Assembly (NCBI GenBank): GCA_051294375.1
Contig: CM119268.1
Span: 919,218-983,217 of the forward strand
Direction: 5' to 3'
Length of the DNA: 64,000 bases
Origin: Paraspadella gotoi
Lineage: Eukaryota; Animalia; Chaetognatha
Shown: in pieces, positions 13,873 through 25,546 of the stretch
Numbering within the stretch: position 1 is the stretch's first letter
How the letters are laid out: every line of letters begins with the position of its first letter
Made by a program: the position numbers and the translations under genes
Notes under the pieces: generated by a model
The model's input: the letters and a program-made list of their open reading frames with translations, nothing else
The model's database searches: none
What the model was told of the DNA's origin: nothing

Positions 13873-14825
13873 CAGGACTGTTTTATCTTTTTCATTTTAT
13901 TCTTTAAAAAAAATCACCTTTTCTTTATACATTCCCCTTTCAATTCCATCCAGCGAAGGCCACGCGCGATTATGATCAATTTAATTTAAACAAAAAAAAA
14001 AGAGTGGGCTTATTTTATTTTAAATCATAATTGAATTAAAAGACCTTTTTTTCTCTTTCTCTGTTTGTATTTCTTTGTCTCTTTGAGCGACAGGCTCCAG
14101 TCGTAAAAACGTTTGTCTATTTTCCTTCCCAATCACCCAACAAGTTTTTCTTTTTTATCTCAACTCAATTTTTTTTTCTCTCCAATGTAAACAATAACCG
14201 TTTAATCTCCGTTTCTCTTATTTCCAGATTACATCCTCAATTCTCCGTCTCAACATCCGGGGACGCCAACGATAAAAAAAAAAAAAAAACGAAACTCGAG
14301 ATAACAAAAATTGTAATCGAAATTTGAACGAAATTCGCGGAAAAAAATGGAAATAAAATAAATTTAAGGTCAAATCTTCGCCCGCGGAAAATTCCAGTCG
14401 ATGCGATTCAGTACCGAATCGTCGCCGACTCAGCATCGGCAGCGTCGGAGGACTTTGTACCGGCAATGAACTTCGCACCGGCAGAGGATTTAAGAACACT
14501 ACTACTCGACCAAAGAAAGTTCATCTCGAACCAAAGACAACGTCTTTCTTTATTCATATCTTATCTTTAACCGTCTTCGTCTCGCCTCCCGACTACGCCG
14601 ACTCTCGTCAACGGAGGCGCTGCCGTCGCCGTCCTCATAGCCGGCGCCACGCTGGACTGGCGGTGGGCGTTCCTTTGTGGTTTCGAGAACCGGCGTCGTC
14701 TATCCGCTGCGCTAGGCGGGGCTAGAATGACAAACGTCCCCGCCCGAAAACGACTAAAAAAAACCAAAAAACTAAAAAAATAGGAAAAAAACATGAAAAA
14801 CTGAAATATAGAAACAAAAGAATCG

Positions 14826-14938
14826 CAAACGACGACAGCGCCGACGCAGCCGCCGCCGACGCAGCCGCCGCCGCCGACGCAGCCGCCGCCGCCGACGCAG
14901 CCGCCGCCGCCGACGCAGACGACGACGACGCCGCCGCC
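14826..14938. repeat. (GCC/GAC/GCA) trinucleotide-derived repeat
   Basis: CGCAGCCGCCGCCGCCGA units. Source of the poly-Arg pseudo-ORF on the minus strand. Confidence 0.85.
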
Positions 14939-15325
14939 TTTTGTTGCGTTTAAAACGTGAGATGGAATGAAACCATTTTAAATGGACGGAGCTTGAAATT
15001 GTGATAAAGGATATAAATTTTGAAACAACAAAAAACTGGGAGTGAGAAAAAAAAGAGAGAGGGGGAGAAGGAGAGGCTGAAATTGTATTTCTTCGGGGAG
15101 AGAGAGAGAGAGAGAGAGACCGAGAGAGAGAGACCGAGATAAAGATTTTTTCCATCGCCGCCCCGGCGTTGAAGTAGAAAGAGGGAGAGGGAGAAAGAGA
15201 GACAGAGAGACGAATGAGAAGAATGAAAATTCCTCTCTCCCCTCGCTCCGCCAAGTTTGAAAACCATTTTGAATAATTAATTAATTAATTAATTATCAAA
15301 GTGGAAAAGAGAAGAAAAAAAGAAA

Positions 15326-15419
15326 TCACGTGATATCCCCCAAAAAAAGATGGAAGAGACGACGCGACGAGAAGTCACGTGATCGAACGGATTCAAATCA
15401 CGTGATCAACGCTATAAAA
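15326..15419 (+). promoter_or_regulatory. Cluster of three TCACGTGA E-boxes followed by TATAAAA
   Basis: TCACGTGA at 15326, 15375 and 15398, and TATAAAA at 15413-15419, about 310 bp upstream of the ATG. Function is inferred only. Confidence 0.4.
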
Positions 15420-15725
15420 TTATTGTTAAAAAACTGGGAAATGAAGAAAGATTTGCTTTTGTCTAATTAAACGTTTGACATGAATCGTAAAGAGGAAATG
15501 AGCGTTTTGCTTTAAAAAAATAAAATATGCGCCAAAATTTGAGTGACGCGTGAGGATAGCGTGAGGATAGCGTGAGGATAGCGTGAGGATAGCGCGAAAT
15601 CTAAACGTCGCCCTCGTCAACGGATAAAAAAACAAAATCTCTAAAATAGAAAACAAAACTACAACCAAGAGAAAAAGAAAAAGCCGAAACAAATCCAAAA
15701 ACAAAACGAAAAGCCAACCAACAAA

Positions 15726-15899
15726 ATGCCTTTCAAAATTCGCCTGAAGAAAACGAAACGCTACGACGTCTCGACGAAGAATTCCTTCGTAGCTTCAGTC
15801 CAGTTGCTCGACAACACGATCCTCGGCTGCACGCTCGGCGCGGAGACGACCGGGCTGGAATGTCTGGAGAATGTCGCCCAGAGGATCGGGTTGGGGGAG
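15726..15899 (+). CDS. PTPN14: Pez/PTPN14/PTPN21-like FERM-domain protein tyrosine phosphatase, first coding exon (aa 1-58)
   Basis: MPFKIRLKKTKRYDVSTKNSFVASVQLLDNTILGCTLGAETTGLECLENVAQRIGLGE aligns without gaps to the human PTPN14 N-terminus as I recall it ([58 protein letters not shown]). AAAATG start context and GAG|GTGAGT donor at 15900, phase 0. As an invertebrate gene it is probably co-orthologous to PTPN14 and PTPN21 (Drosophila Pez). Confidence 0.93.
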
Positions 15900-15934
15900 G
15901 TGAGTAAAGGAGGATGGCTTGGGTCTTGTTGGGT

Positions 15935-16086
15935 GAGGATGGGAACCGTGGATGGGAAGCGAGGATGGGAAGCGTGGATGGGAAGCGTGGATGAGCATCG
16001 TGGATGGGCAGCGAGGAAAGGAAGCGTGGATGGGAACCGAGGATGGGAACCGTGGATGGGAAGCGTGGATGGGAACCGTGGATGGT
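15935..16086. repeat. 13-bp minisatellite (GGATGGGAASCGW)n at the start of intron 1
   Basis: Tandem units. It accounts for the C-terminal half of ORF 15726-16106, which is intronic. Confidence 0.85.
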
Positions 16087-16392
16087 GTAAAAGTTTTAGG
16101 TTTTAAGGTACTGATTTAATACACGATTTACTTAACTATTTGATATTTATCTAATTACTGTCTTTTGCTATCTTTATCCCACTCTCTAGTTTCTATCCCC
16201 TAGACTCACTCTATCTCCCCTAAGTTTTTTGTTCCGCAAACATAAATAAAAAATAGTTACGATGCTACGAAATTATTATTTCCCTCGCATCTGATCCCCC
16301 TCGTCAGGGATCATATCCTTGGCGGGAAAATGGTTAACTCTCTATTGATGTTGTTTATTGTTGTAAAATGGTTAAGTCTCTCCGGTGCCACG

Positions 16393-16430
<38 letters not shown>

Positions 16431-17142
16431 CAACGGGTGGAATCGGTTGAGACGAAGTTCGCTTGGAGGCGTCGATCGTTTGCGAGACGCAAATGGGATT
16501 ACTTTCGCGCGCGCTCAGAGAGAGAGACAGAGACGGAAAAGAGGGAGAGCGAGAGGGTGTGAGGTTCCGAGACCGAGGGAGGATGGGAGTGTGTGGGAAT
16601 TGACAGGCGACGATAGAGAGCGAGAGGCGACGATAGAGAGCGAGAGGCCTGGTAAGGATTTCCTCTGTCGACTTTGAGGGATTGGGGCGAGAGAGCCAGA
16701 GAGAGAGAGAGAGAGAGAGACTGTCAGGATTTCGACGCTAAACCCTTAATTAAGGCGACGAGCCAATTATACTAGATTTACTAGATTTAATGGCAAAGGA
16801 TTTTTTTTTAAATTAAAACGTCGAAACGAATAGGTTTTTTTTAAATTTTTCCAGAGAATGAATTCAGATATGTTTTTTTTTTAAAACCTGTTGAAAAATA
16901 TTTTTAAACAATTTTAACTAAACTATAGCGGTAGTATTTTATACCCCTCTAATAGCCTCTATAGACTATAGTCACTATACATATATACATCTGCGATTAT
17001 CATTTTTCATTTCGCAAATTTACGCATTTACAATTTATAAATTATAATTGTAAAGTTATCAATTTCACGATTTAGTAAAAGAGGAAGATGGATCGTTTTT
17101 CCCACCAATTCGATCCCACTATACTTATTACTTAATCTGTCA

Positions 17143-17250
17143 TATGAAATGGGTAAATCCAATGTAAATTTTTTAATTCATTCAATAAATGAGCTATCTT
17201 GCCTCTGACCGACAGGCTATCGTGGTGAAAGAACTTGTTCACTCTTACAT
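17143..17250 (+). repeat. Dispersed repeat family B, diverged copy
   Basis: TATGAAATGGGTAAATCCAATGTAAA...AATAAATGAGCTATCTTGCCTCTGAC matches the family consensus. Confidence 0.6.
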
Positions 17251-17751
17251 ATGTCAGTCATGCGTCATAACATGTGCCAAAGAAAGGATTAAATATCCCA
17301 GCTGTCGCGGTTATGATCTTGACTTTTTATCGCATTCGATTCCATCCAATAAAAGTTCCATCGCGTCTCGTTCTCCTTAATATCGAATTCATATCGAATG
17401 ATTTGGTTTCTTTCTTTTTTCTTTCTTTTTTCAAGGACTTGGATTCTTTGTTCACTCCTTCCCCTTACGGCCTTTGATTTTCACTCCTGGACGCCTCTTT
17501 CACGTCTTCACGCCTTTGATCCAAACGTCGTTAACTTGCTCACTTTCTATTTAACACCCCTTTCTCTCTCTCTCCCTCCCCTCTCTCTCCCTCCCCTCTC
17601 CCTCCCCTCTCTCCCCTCCCTACCTCCTTTCCTCTCCCTCCCCTCTCGCCTCCCCACCACAGACTCCCAATGGATTCGGATCTAAAATTCAAAATGTGAA
17701 AAGGGAAATAGACGAAGCGAATCCGAGCGTGGCGGATCGGGGTTAGGATAG

Positions 17752-17887
17752 GGGGTGGGGTCTGGTTTGGATAGAGGGTGGGGTCTGGTTTGGATAGAGG
17801 GTGGGGTCTGGTTTGGATAGAGGGTGGGGTCTGGTTTGGATAGAGGGTGGGGTCTGGTTTGGATAGATGGTGGGGTCTGGTTTGGAT
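17752..17887. repeat. 23-bp G-rich minisatellite (GGGTGGGGTCTGGTTTGGATAGA), about 6 copies
   Basis: Direct reading. Confidence 0.9.
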
Positions 17888-20800
17888 GATTTGGGTGATA
17901 AATTGAATCGGAATGGATGGAGTGGGCACTGGGCAGTCATTGATCTGGGTAGCCTCGGGTAGCATTGATGAGTTTTGGTAGAGGGAGTGTTCTGTGGTTT
18001 GAGAATTCTCTTGTCACAGGGAGTTGTGAATGCTTGGAAATTGGATGGTTACGTGCGCTGTTCGCTATTTGTTTGAACACTGTTCAAGGCTTATAAAAAG
18101 CGCAACTTAACTCTTTCGCCAAATAAATGTTGTAGATAAAACGAAGTGAACTCTTGAATGATAGCTGGGGGGGGGTAGATGGCGGGCAATTGCAGTCCAA
18201 TGGGTCGTCTGTTCACCAATTCCTGTGGTCCCGCGTTCCCGCCTTCAGTTGAAATCGGAGTAAAAGTTACTCCTTTTCCGGTCACCGCGCGTCGTGAATT
18301 GCGATGAGAGGAGATCAGAGCGTGAAGTGAAAATGGAGGCTGGAGGGTGGAATGGCCGCGAGCTGTTGTCAATTGGCTAATGATGACAAAGTCTGAGATC
18401 CTCTAATCGGTGTTTGCATTCGAAATCATGGAGACGTGGGAGGGGAGGGGAAATTTTGAAGTTGCGTCGCGAAGCAACTCTTTAAGACGCTTAGATATCG
18501 ACCGGCCTGACACCGTCTCTGTCGGTCTGTCCCACTTCTTGAAACTTCTTGTACCATAAGATGCTTGATGCTCGTCCGCAGGCGCTTGTCTATTCACGTG
18601 ATCATAAGGAAATCGATACATGTAATAGATAAACGCCCTTTTTCGTTTTTAATATCGATTATCGAGTATTTTTTTGGGGGGGAAATATAGCTTACTCTTT
18701 TCGGTTTCTCTTGAAATGAGGACTTATGTGATGAATGTGACAAGATGTTATGGTTTTGATCTTTTGTTTGAAAATACTTTTATTGCTTTTTTTATGTCGA
18801 TTCGGTTCGATTTTATTTTAACCTAAAAAAAGTTAATTCTCTTGTTGAGGAATGAAAAGTATTTGAAGCATGAAGAGGAGGAGGAGGAGGAGGAAAAGAT
18901 GATGATGATGATGATAACTGTTGTTTTGTGAATAGGACGACTAAAGAAAACAGAACGAACAAGAAGATAAAGAGTGAAAAAAAAAAACACATTTTAATGA
19001 GAAAAAGAAAAGAGAAAAGCTGATTTCTTAGTCTTGAACATGAAAAAAAATACTCCGCCGCCGCGCTGAAAGAATTCGAATCTCCAGACTTGAGAAAAAA
19101 AATATTCAGAAGAAATTTGAATCCTTTTGTCTTTCGTTTCTTTACAAAAAAATAATTTTTAAACTCTGAAAGAGAATGAAAGGGGCAAGGTGTGTTTTTA
19201 GGGGGAAAAGTCAGTTTTTCGATCGACACGTCTCGCCCTAATCGGATAAAAAAGGCGTGGCCCCATCTCAGAGGCCGCATCTCAGAGGCGTGGCTGCAGC
19301 AAAGTCTAAAAATCTTTAGTTTCGGTTTCATTTTTTCGCAAAATTTTTTTTAATTTTCCGAGTCGCGATTTTTTTTCTCGCTTCGCCGAACCTCAGCTGA
19401 AATCCTTAGGGGAAAACAACGAAATATGCTAATCGGTCTTCTCGGGACCCGGGGGGTTCAAAGTCCACGGGATCTGAAAGGGTTCAAAGTCCACGGGACC
19501 GAAATTCGTGGGCCGGAACTCCGTGGGCGAGGCTTTGGGCTATAAGTGCTCCGGGAGCGCTAGCGGAGATCCGTCGTGATTTTGAATTGCGATTACGAAA
19601 ATTAGCTTAATATACTTACAATATACTATACATTTACTGGACCAACTTAAATATTTGTTATTTAATAGCTTTGTACGTATATCTTAGCTGATTAAGTTTT
19701 TAATTTCAGCAACGAAAGCTAAGCTATACTGCAAGTAATTTTACTACGTACGTACTTACGTAACGAAGCAAGCGATGACTAACAGGCGTTCGATGAAAAT
19801 TTAAAAGGTTTTAAATGTTTATTGTTGACGTTTTTACAGACCCTAATTCTAAAAAAGTTTCCGTTTGGCAATTTAAAATCTCGGATAATCAATAGCGAGG
19901 AAAAAAATAGAGGGAAAAGTTCATGGTTGATTGATCTTCCAATCTGGTTTCGGAATTAATGGACGATACTAGAACTTTTTTCTCCTCTTGACGCGGTTAT
20001 CCTATTTTTTTCTCTTTCTCTCTCCTTCTCTCTCTCTCCTTCTCTCTCTCTCCTTCTCTCTCTCTCCTTCGCTCTCTCTACCCTTCAAACTCCACCCGCC
20101 TATTTTTCTCTCGGGATCATCACTCTCCCTCTTTTTCCTTTCATTGGAGCGCAAATCAGTTTAATTGGTTTGCTATTTGGTGGAGAGAAGAGAATAAGGG
20201 AGATCGAGAGAGAGAGAGAAATAGGGAGAGGGAGGGAGGGAGAAAAAAGGAAAGGAGGAATGAATGCAGAAGGATTGAAGGAATTATTATATTATTATTT
20301 TATTATATTATTATTATTATTATTACGAGTGAAAAGAGATGATAGTAAAGAAAAATGAAAAGAATGCGGTTAAACTGATGATGAAAAATGTTTGTGGTAA
20401 TCGAGCGCTTTTTAATTTTGAGTAGTAACTAGATTCTAGCTTGGGAGTTAAACATTTACTAGAGAAGGGATCGGCAGAAGAATTAGAAAGAAATAAAGAA
20501 AGAGAAGGGAAATGGAGAAGGGGAAGGGAGAAGGGAAAAGAGGAAAGAAAAAAGACCAAAAAAAAGGAGAAGTTTTTTTTTGAGAAAATCTATTGAAAAG
20601 CATCGAGGCTCTTGATCATTCTGGTGATGATTCGGAGAGTCGCATCGAGATGAAACGACGAAGCAAACGACGACGACGCCCTCCCGACGTCCAATGAAAA
20701 ATAAAGAGGCAATCCATGGTGCCAAGCGGCGCCATCTTTTCCCCCACGCCCTTGTGTAAACCGCCCGGCGAGGAATTCATTAAGTGCCACGCCCAGTTGG

Positions 20801-21946
20801 AGTCGTTGCCCCCGTGGAGGAGTAGTTTGCCCAGGCCGTTTGCCGGGGGCACTTGCGTTTCCATGGTTACGGAGTTGGGGGGGGGGAGAAGGACGGCAGA
20901 AGGGGCAGACTGTCCGACTGTCCGTCCCAAGCAGCTGAAAAAAAACGGGAGTCGATCGAGTTTCTTATCAGAATCAAAACCGAGAAATGTCGATCGTTTT
21001 TCGAGTTTTTACTGTCATCGGAGATTGTTTTACTGTCGTTTTACTGTCGTCGGCGATTTGCATCGAGATTGCGTTTCAGCTAATAAGGGGGGGGGAGAAA
21101 GAAAGGACGGTTTAAGGGGAGGTTTAAGGGATGGTGCGGTTTGAAGAGATGGATGAAAAAAAAGATGTTTTCGAGATAGAAAAAGTTCGTGTGGCAAATA
21201 TCCATGGATCGTAAACGCGTGTGACGCTGAACCAATGACGTCTCGCGGAGGATTTAGTTATGTTAAGATAGTTCAATGTGTAATTGTGCGTTTTGGTTGT
21301 AACGATATTTCGAGTAAAAGATTTAGTATGTTAAATTACAGAATCTTGTTACTAAAACGAGCTTTATCGTAATGCAATGTTAAACGCAAAATATTAAATG
21401 AAGAGAACGAAATCTCGACGTTCAGATTCTTAACTTCGTTGCCAAGCGACGGAACCGACACGCGAAGTTCGTCGACCGCCTCGTTGTCAAGGGAAAGTCG
21501 CGTAAATAAACAAACAGGGAAAAAAAAAAAGGTTTTTAAACGATTCCGATGTTTTTTTTCCCCGTTCGCTTGTCAACTGAGTTAGGAAACGGTTTTAAAA
21601 CTTAAGCTCTTCTCGTCTTAATTAGAAGTTTTTATGGCCTCAATTCTCCCCGAATTTCGAACTCTGATCCCTTTAGTACTAATCCGCTTTACGAAAATGA
21701 AAGAAAATCGAAATACTCTAAACTTTAAAAAAAAGAAAAAAAGAATTTGTCGGTTATAAAGCGATCGCACCCATTTGTCGACCCCGAGTACGGAATTTCG
21801 ATTTTAATACTCGAAATAGTGAATCTTTTTCGTTAAATCCGGTATTTTCGGTTAAAAGGGGAGGAAGGTTACGGAAAGTTCATTTCATTTAATTTTAAAG
21901 GTTTAATATATTAACTCCTCCCTTCCCAATTTTTTTTTCACCCCAG

Positions 21947-22065
21947 TTGAAATACTTCGGTCTCCGGTTCGTCAACAAAAAATTGAAGTTTCGTTGGGTG
22001 GACTTGTCGAAGCCTTTGAAGCGGCAGATCGACAAATACGCTTCGTCGCCGCTTCTTTACTTCAG
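21947..22065 (+). CDS. PTPN14: Pez/PTPN14-like, second coding exon (FERM F1 lobe)
   Basis: Acceptor ttttttttcaccccag at 21946. It translates in phase 0 to LKYFGLRFVNKKLKFRWVDLSKPLKRQIDKYASSPLLYF+AG (FERM YFGL...WVDL.KPLK.Q motif). Donor CAG|GTAGT at 22066, phase 2. The ORF track misses this frame. Confidence 0.93.
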
Positions 22066-23174
22066 GTAGTCGTCGTCGTCGTCGTTGTGGCATTTAAGTT
22101 TGACATTTTTACTATCTTCTTTTACTTTTGTGACAAAAAAATAATGATGATAATAAAAGTGGTAATATTTCATTAAAAACTAGTTTCGTTTTCAATGGAA
22201 ACGAAGGAAGTAGGCGTGGTTTGTTTTCATGTTGAAATCTCTGTCTACTTACTAAAATGATGGAGTATTCCTTTTGTTCATTTCCGCTAAACATTTTTAG
22301 ACATGTTCATAATTAACATCGTTACCTAATTTTATTTGTCTTTGTTTAAATCGTTATTTTTTTCATCATTATGATTATTCATACCTTTTTTCTGTTATTA
22401 GATAAAAACTATAAATTTAAATCATTAAAAATATATTTTTTTTAATCTTTGGGTTATTCTATTCATCTCAGTCGTCTTAGCTTGGGGCGCCGGCTTAAAA
22501 GGGACGGGGGGGGAGAGAAAGAGTGACGCCAGCGAATGGGCGCCACCCAAGCGATGTTCAGTGGCGTTCGGCACCCGCTAAGCAAGCAGCAGGTGTCATT
22601 TTGTTTATCTCTGCGATGCGTTTTTGGATCGAGGCTGATGCGGAAGGAACGGGGGGGGGGCTTTTAAACTTACCACATATATATTTTTCTTTTTAACGAT
22701 TACTTCTTTATATTAAAAAAAACATCTCGTAACAATATTATTTATTAGAGTTAACGCTTTGCTAAAATGCAGTTATTCTCCTTTCCTAAAATCCATTTTT
22801 TATTCCAGCGAACAAAAAAAAACAGGAATTACGATTTGTTTTGTGTTTTGTTTACTTATTTACGGTTGTTTTGATTTTTATCGACGAATCGCGGGCGCTT
22901 AACGCAAATTCCTCACTATTTATGCTGAGAGGGAAACAGCCCTAAAATATTTCCCATTCTTATTCTTTTTTCCCCCTTACCCCTTCGAACCCGGAATTCT
23001 TACTTACCTTTTTTCTTTCTTCTTTGTTCCTTTACCTTTTTTCCTTTACTTTCAATTCATGTTCTCTTTTTATCCTCCACCCCCCTTTCGTCTATTGGCC
23101 TTACCCTTCCTACCTATTGGCCTTACCCGTCCGACCTATTGACCTTATTTTTTCGTCTTATTGATCTTGGACAG

Positions 23175-23225
23175 CGTGATGTTCTACCTAAGCGAACCCC
23201 ACAAGCTTCAAGACGACATGACAAG
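23175..23225 (+). CDS. PTPN14: Pez/PTPN14-like, third coding exon (51 nt, phase 2-2), copy A
   Basis: GGACAG|C GTG ATG TTC TAC ... ATG ACA AG|GTAAG. It completes (S)VMFYLSEPHKLQDDMT(R), matching GVMFYVPNVSWLQQEATR of PTPN14. Confidence 0.88.
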
Positions 23226-23487
23226 GTAAGTTTTCTCACTTTTCTTCTACGACTTTGGCGCATCGTTGATCCTATTACAAAACGTAATTAGTTATTTACT
23301 AAAATTAATTTTTAACAACTATTTTTTAAAGTAATGAATGTTAAATAATTTGTCAATTATTCGAATATATTCCTTACACTATAGACTAAAGTACATTTTG
23401 ATATTGACCTATCAAATATGGAAGTAAATTAACAGCAGATCAATCTAGTGGGAAAGGTTTCCCCCCACTTTATCGATGCTTGGCAGT

Positions 23488-23650
23488 TTTTGTTTACATT
23501 TCTTCGTTTTGTTTACATTTTTCCGTTTTGTTTACATTTTCCGTTTCGTTTACATTTATTCTTTTTGTTTACATTCGTTTGTTTACATTTATTGTTTGTT
23601 TACATTTATTGTTTGTTTACATTTATCCGTTTTGTTTACATTTATCCGTT
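23488..23650. repeat. ~19-bp minisatellite with TTGTTTACAT core, copy A
   Basis: 8 TGTTTAC heptamers counted. Confidence 0.9.
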
Positions 23651-24118
23651 TTATATTAAAAAACATCTCGTAACAATATTATTTATTAGAGTTAACGCTT
23701 TGCTAAAATGCAGTTATTCTCCTTTCCTAAAATCCATTTTTTATTCCAGCGAACAAAAAAAAAACAGGAATTACGATTTGTTTTGTGTTTTTGTTTACTT
23801 ATTTACTGTTGTTTTGATTTTTATCGACGAATCGCGGCGCTTAACGCACAATTCCTCACTATTTTATGCTGAGAGCGGAAACAGCCCTAAAATATTTCCC
23901 ATTCTTATTCTTTTTTCCCCCTTACCCCTTCGAACCCGGAATTCTTACTTACCTTTTTTCTTTCTCTTTGTTCCTTTACCTTTTTTCCTTTACTTTCAAT
24001 TCCTGTTCTCTTTTTATCCTCCACCCCCCTTTCGTCTATTGGCCTTACCCTTCCTACCTATTGGCCTTACCCGTCCGACCTATTGACCTTATTTTTTCGT
24101 CTTATTGATCTTGGACAG

Positions 24119-24169
24119 CGTGATGTTCTACCTAAGCGAACCCCACAAGCTTCAAGACGACATGACAAG
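24119..24169 (+). CDS. PTPN14: Duplicate of the third coding exon (copy B), identical with intact splice sites
   Basis: Same 51 nt, same acceptor and GTAAG donor as 23175-23225. May be an assembly duplicate. Confidence 0.6.
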
Positions 24170-24427
24170 GTAAGTTTTTCTCACTTTTCTTCTACGACTT
24201 TGGCGCATCGTTGATCCTATTTACAAAACGTAATTAGTTATTTACAAAATTAATTTTAACAACTATTTTTTAAAGTAATGAATGTTAAATAATTTGTCAA
24301 TTATTCGAATATATTCCTTACACTATAGACTAAAGTACATTTTGATATGACCTATCAAATATGGAAGTAAATTAACAGCAGATCAATCAGTGGGAAAGGT
24401 TTCCCCCCACTTTATCGATGCTTGGCA

Positions 24428-24905
24428 GTTTTGTTTACATTTCTTCGTTTTGTTTACATTTTTCCGTTTTGTTTACATTTTCCGTTTCGTTTACATTTAT
24501 TCTTTTTGTTTACATTCGTTTGTTTACATTTATTGTTTGTTTACATTTATTGTTTGTTTACATTTATCCGTTTTGTTTACATTTTATCCGTTTTGTTTAC
24601 ATTTATCCGTTTTGTTTACATTTATCCGTTTTGTTTACATTTATCCGTTTTGTTTACATTTATCCTTTTGTTTACATTTACTCCTTTTGTTTACATTTTC
24701 TCCCTTTTGTTTACATTTCTCCCTTTTGTTTACATTCTCCCTTTTGTTTACATTCTCCCTTTTGTTTACATTTCTCCTTTTGTTTACATTTCTCCTTTGT
24801 TTACATTTCTCCTTTGTTACATTTCTCCCNNNNNNNNNNNNNNNNNNNNNNNNNTTTTGTTTACATTTCTCTCTTTTGTTTACATTTAAGCGTTTTCTTT
24901 ACATT
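24428..24905. repeat. ~19-bp minisatellite with TTGTTTACAT core, copy B (spans a 25-N gap)
   Basis: 22 TGTTTAC heptamers counted. Gap at 24830-24854. Confidence 0.92.
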
Positions 24906-25498
24906 TCTGCGTTTTGTTTGCTTTTTTTTGTTTTTTGTTTATCTTCGTCCTTTCCGCATCTGGACGTGGTTGAGAAAATCGAGCCTTTAATGGAGTTTTA
25001 TTTTCTGTCGAGATTTTTCCTCGTCGAAAAGATGGGGGGGAGGCGGAAAGAGGGGGGGGCGGAAGGAGGGGCGGGAAGAAGAGTGAGCTTTTCTCGTACA
25101 ACGCCGACTATTTGAATTTGGGCGAAAGGGGTCGCTGAGTTTTTTTTTTCCCGCCAACGGTTTAACTTAAAACTATAAAGCCGATTTAATTTGGGTTTTA
25201 ACAAATATTAAAAAAATACACTATTGTTTTATCCTAATTTACCAGTTTAATCTCCCCGTAACGGTTCCTCTCCTGCCGTGAAAAAATCTCCCCAACGTCT
25301 TTCCTCGTTCCTGAGATTCATCTGCATTCGTAAATACTCCTCCTTCTATCACCGCCTTCTATCACCGCCTTCTATCACCGCCTCACGCCTTCTCTCCCGT
25401 ATTTTTAATTCAATTTATTCCGTCTCCTCGTCCCTGATTTTCGTCACGCTTTCAAACGGGAGACGTAAAAGTTTAAGAAGACCCGAGAGACTCTCCAA

Positions 25499-25546
<48 letters not shown>

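Larger units (their letters stand above)
22707..24590 (+). repeat. ~943-bp tandem duplication (about 22707-23649 and 23650-24590) containing exon 3
   Basis: Both copies start TTTATATTAAAAAACATCTCGTAAC and differ mainly by 1-bp indels. Confidence 0.9.

Noticed and set aside
15900-16106. C-terminal extension of ORF 15726-16106
   Set aside because: Homology stops at the GTGAGT donor. The rest is a 13-bp intronic repeat.
23448-25115. Hydrophobic Phe-rich ORFs resembling membrane proteins
   Set aside because: Translations of the TTGTTTACAT array and T-rich intron sequence.
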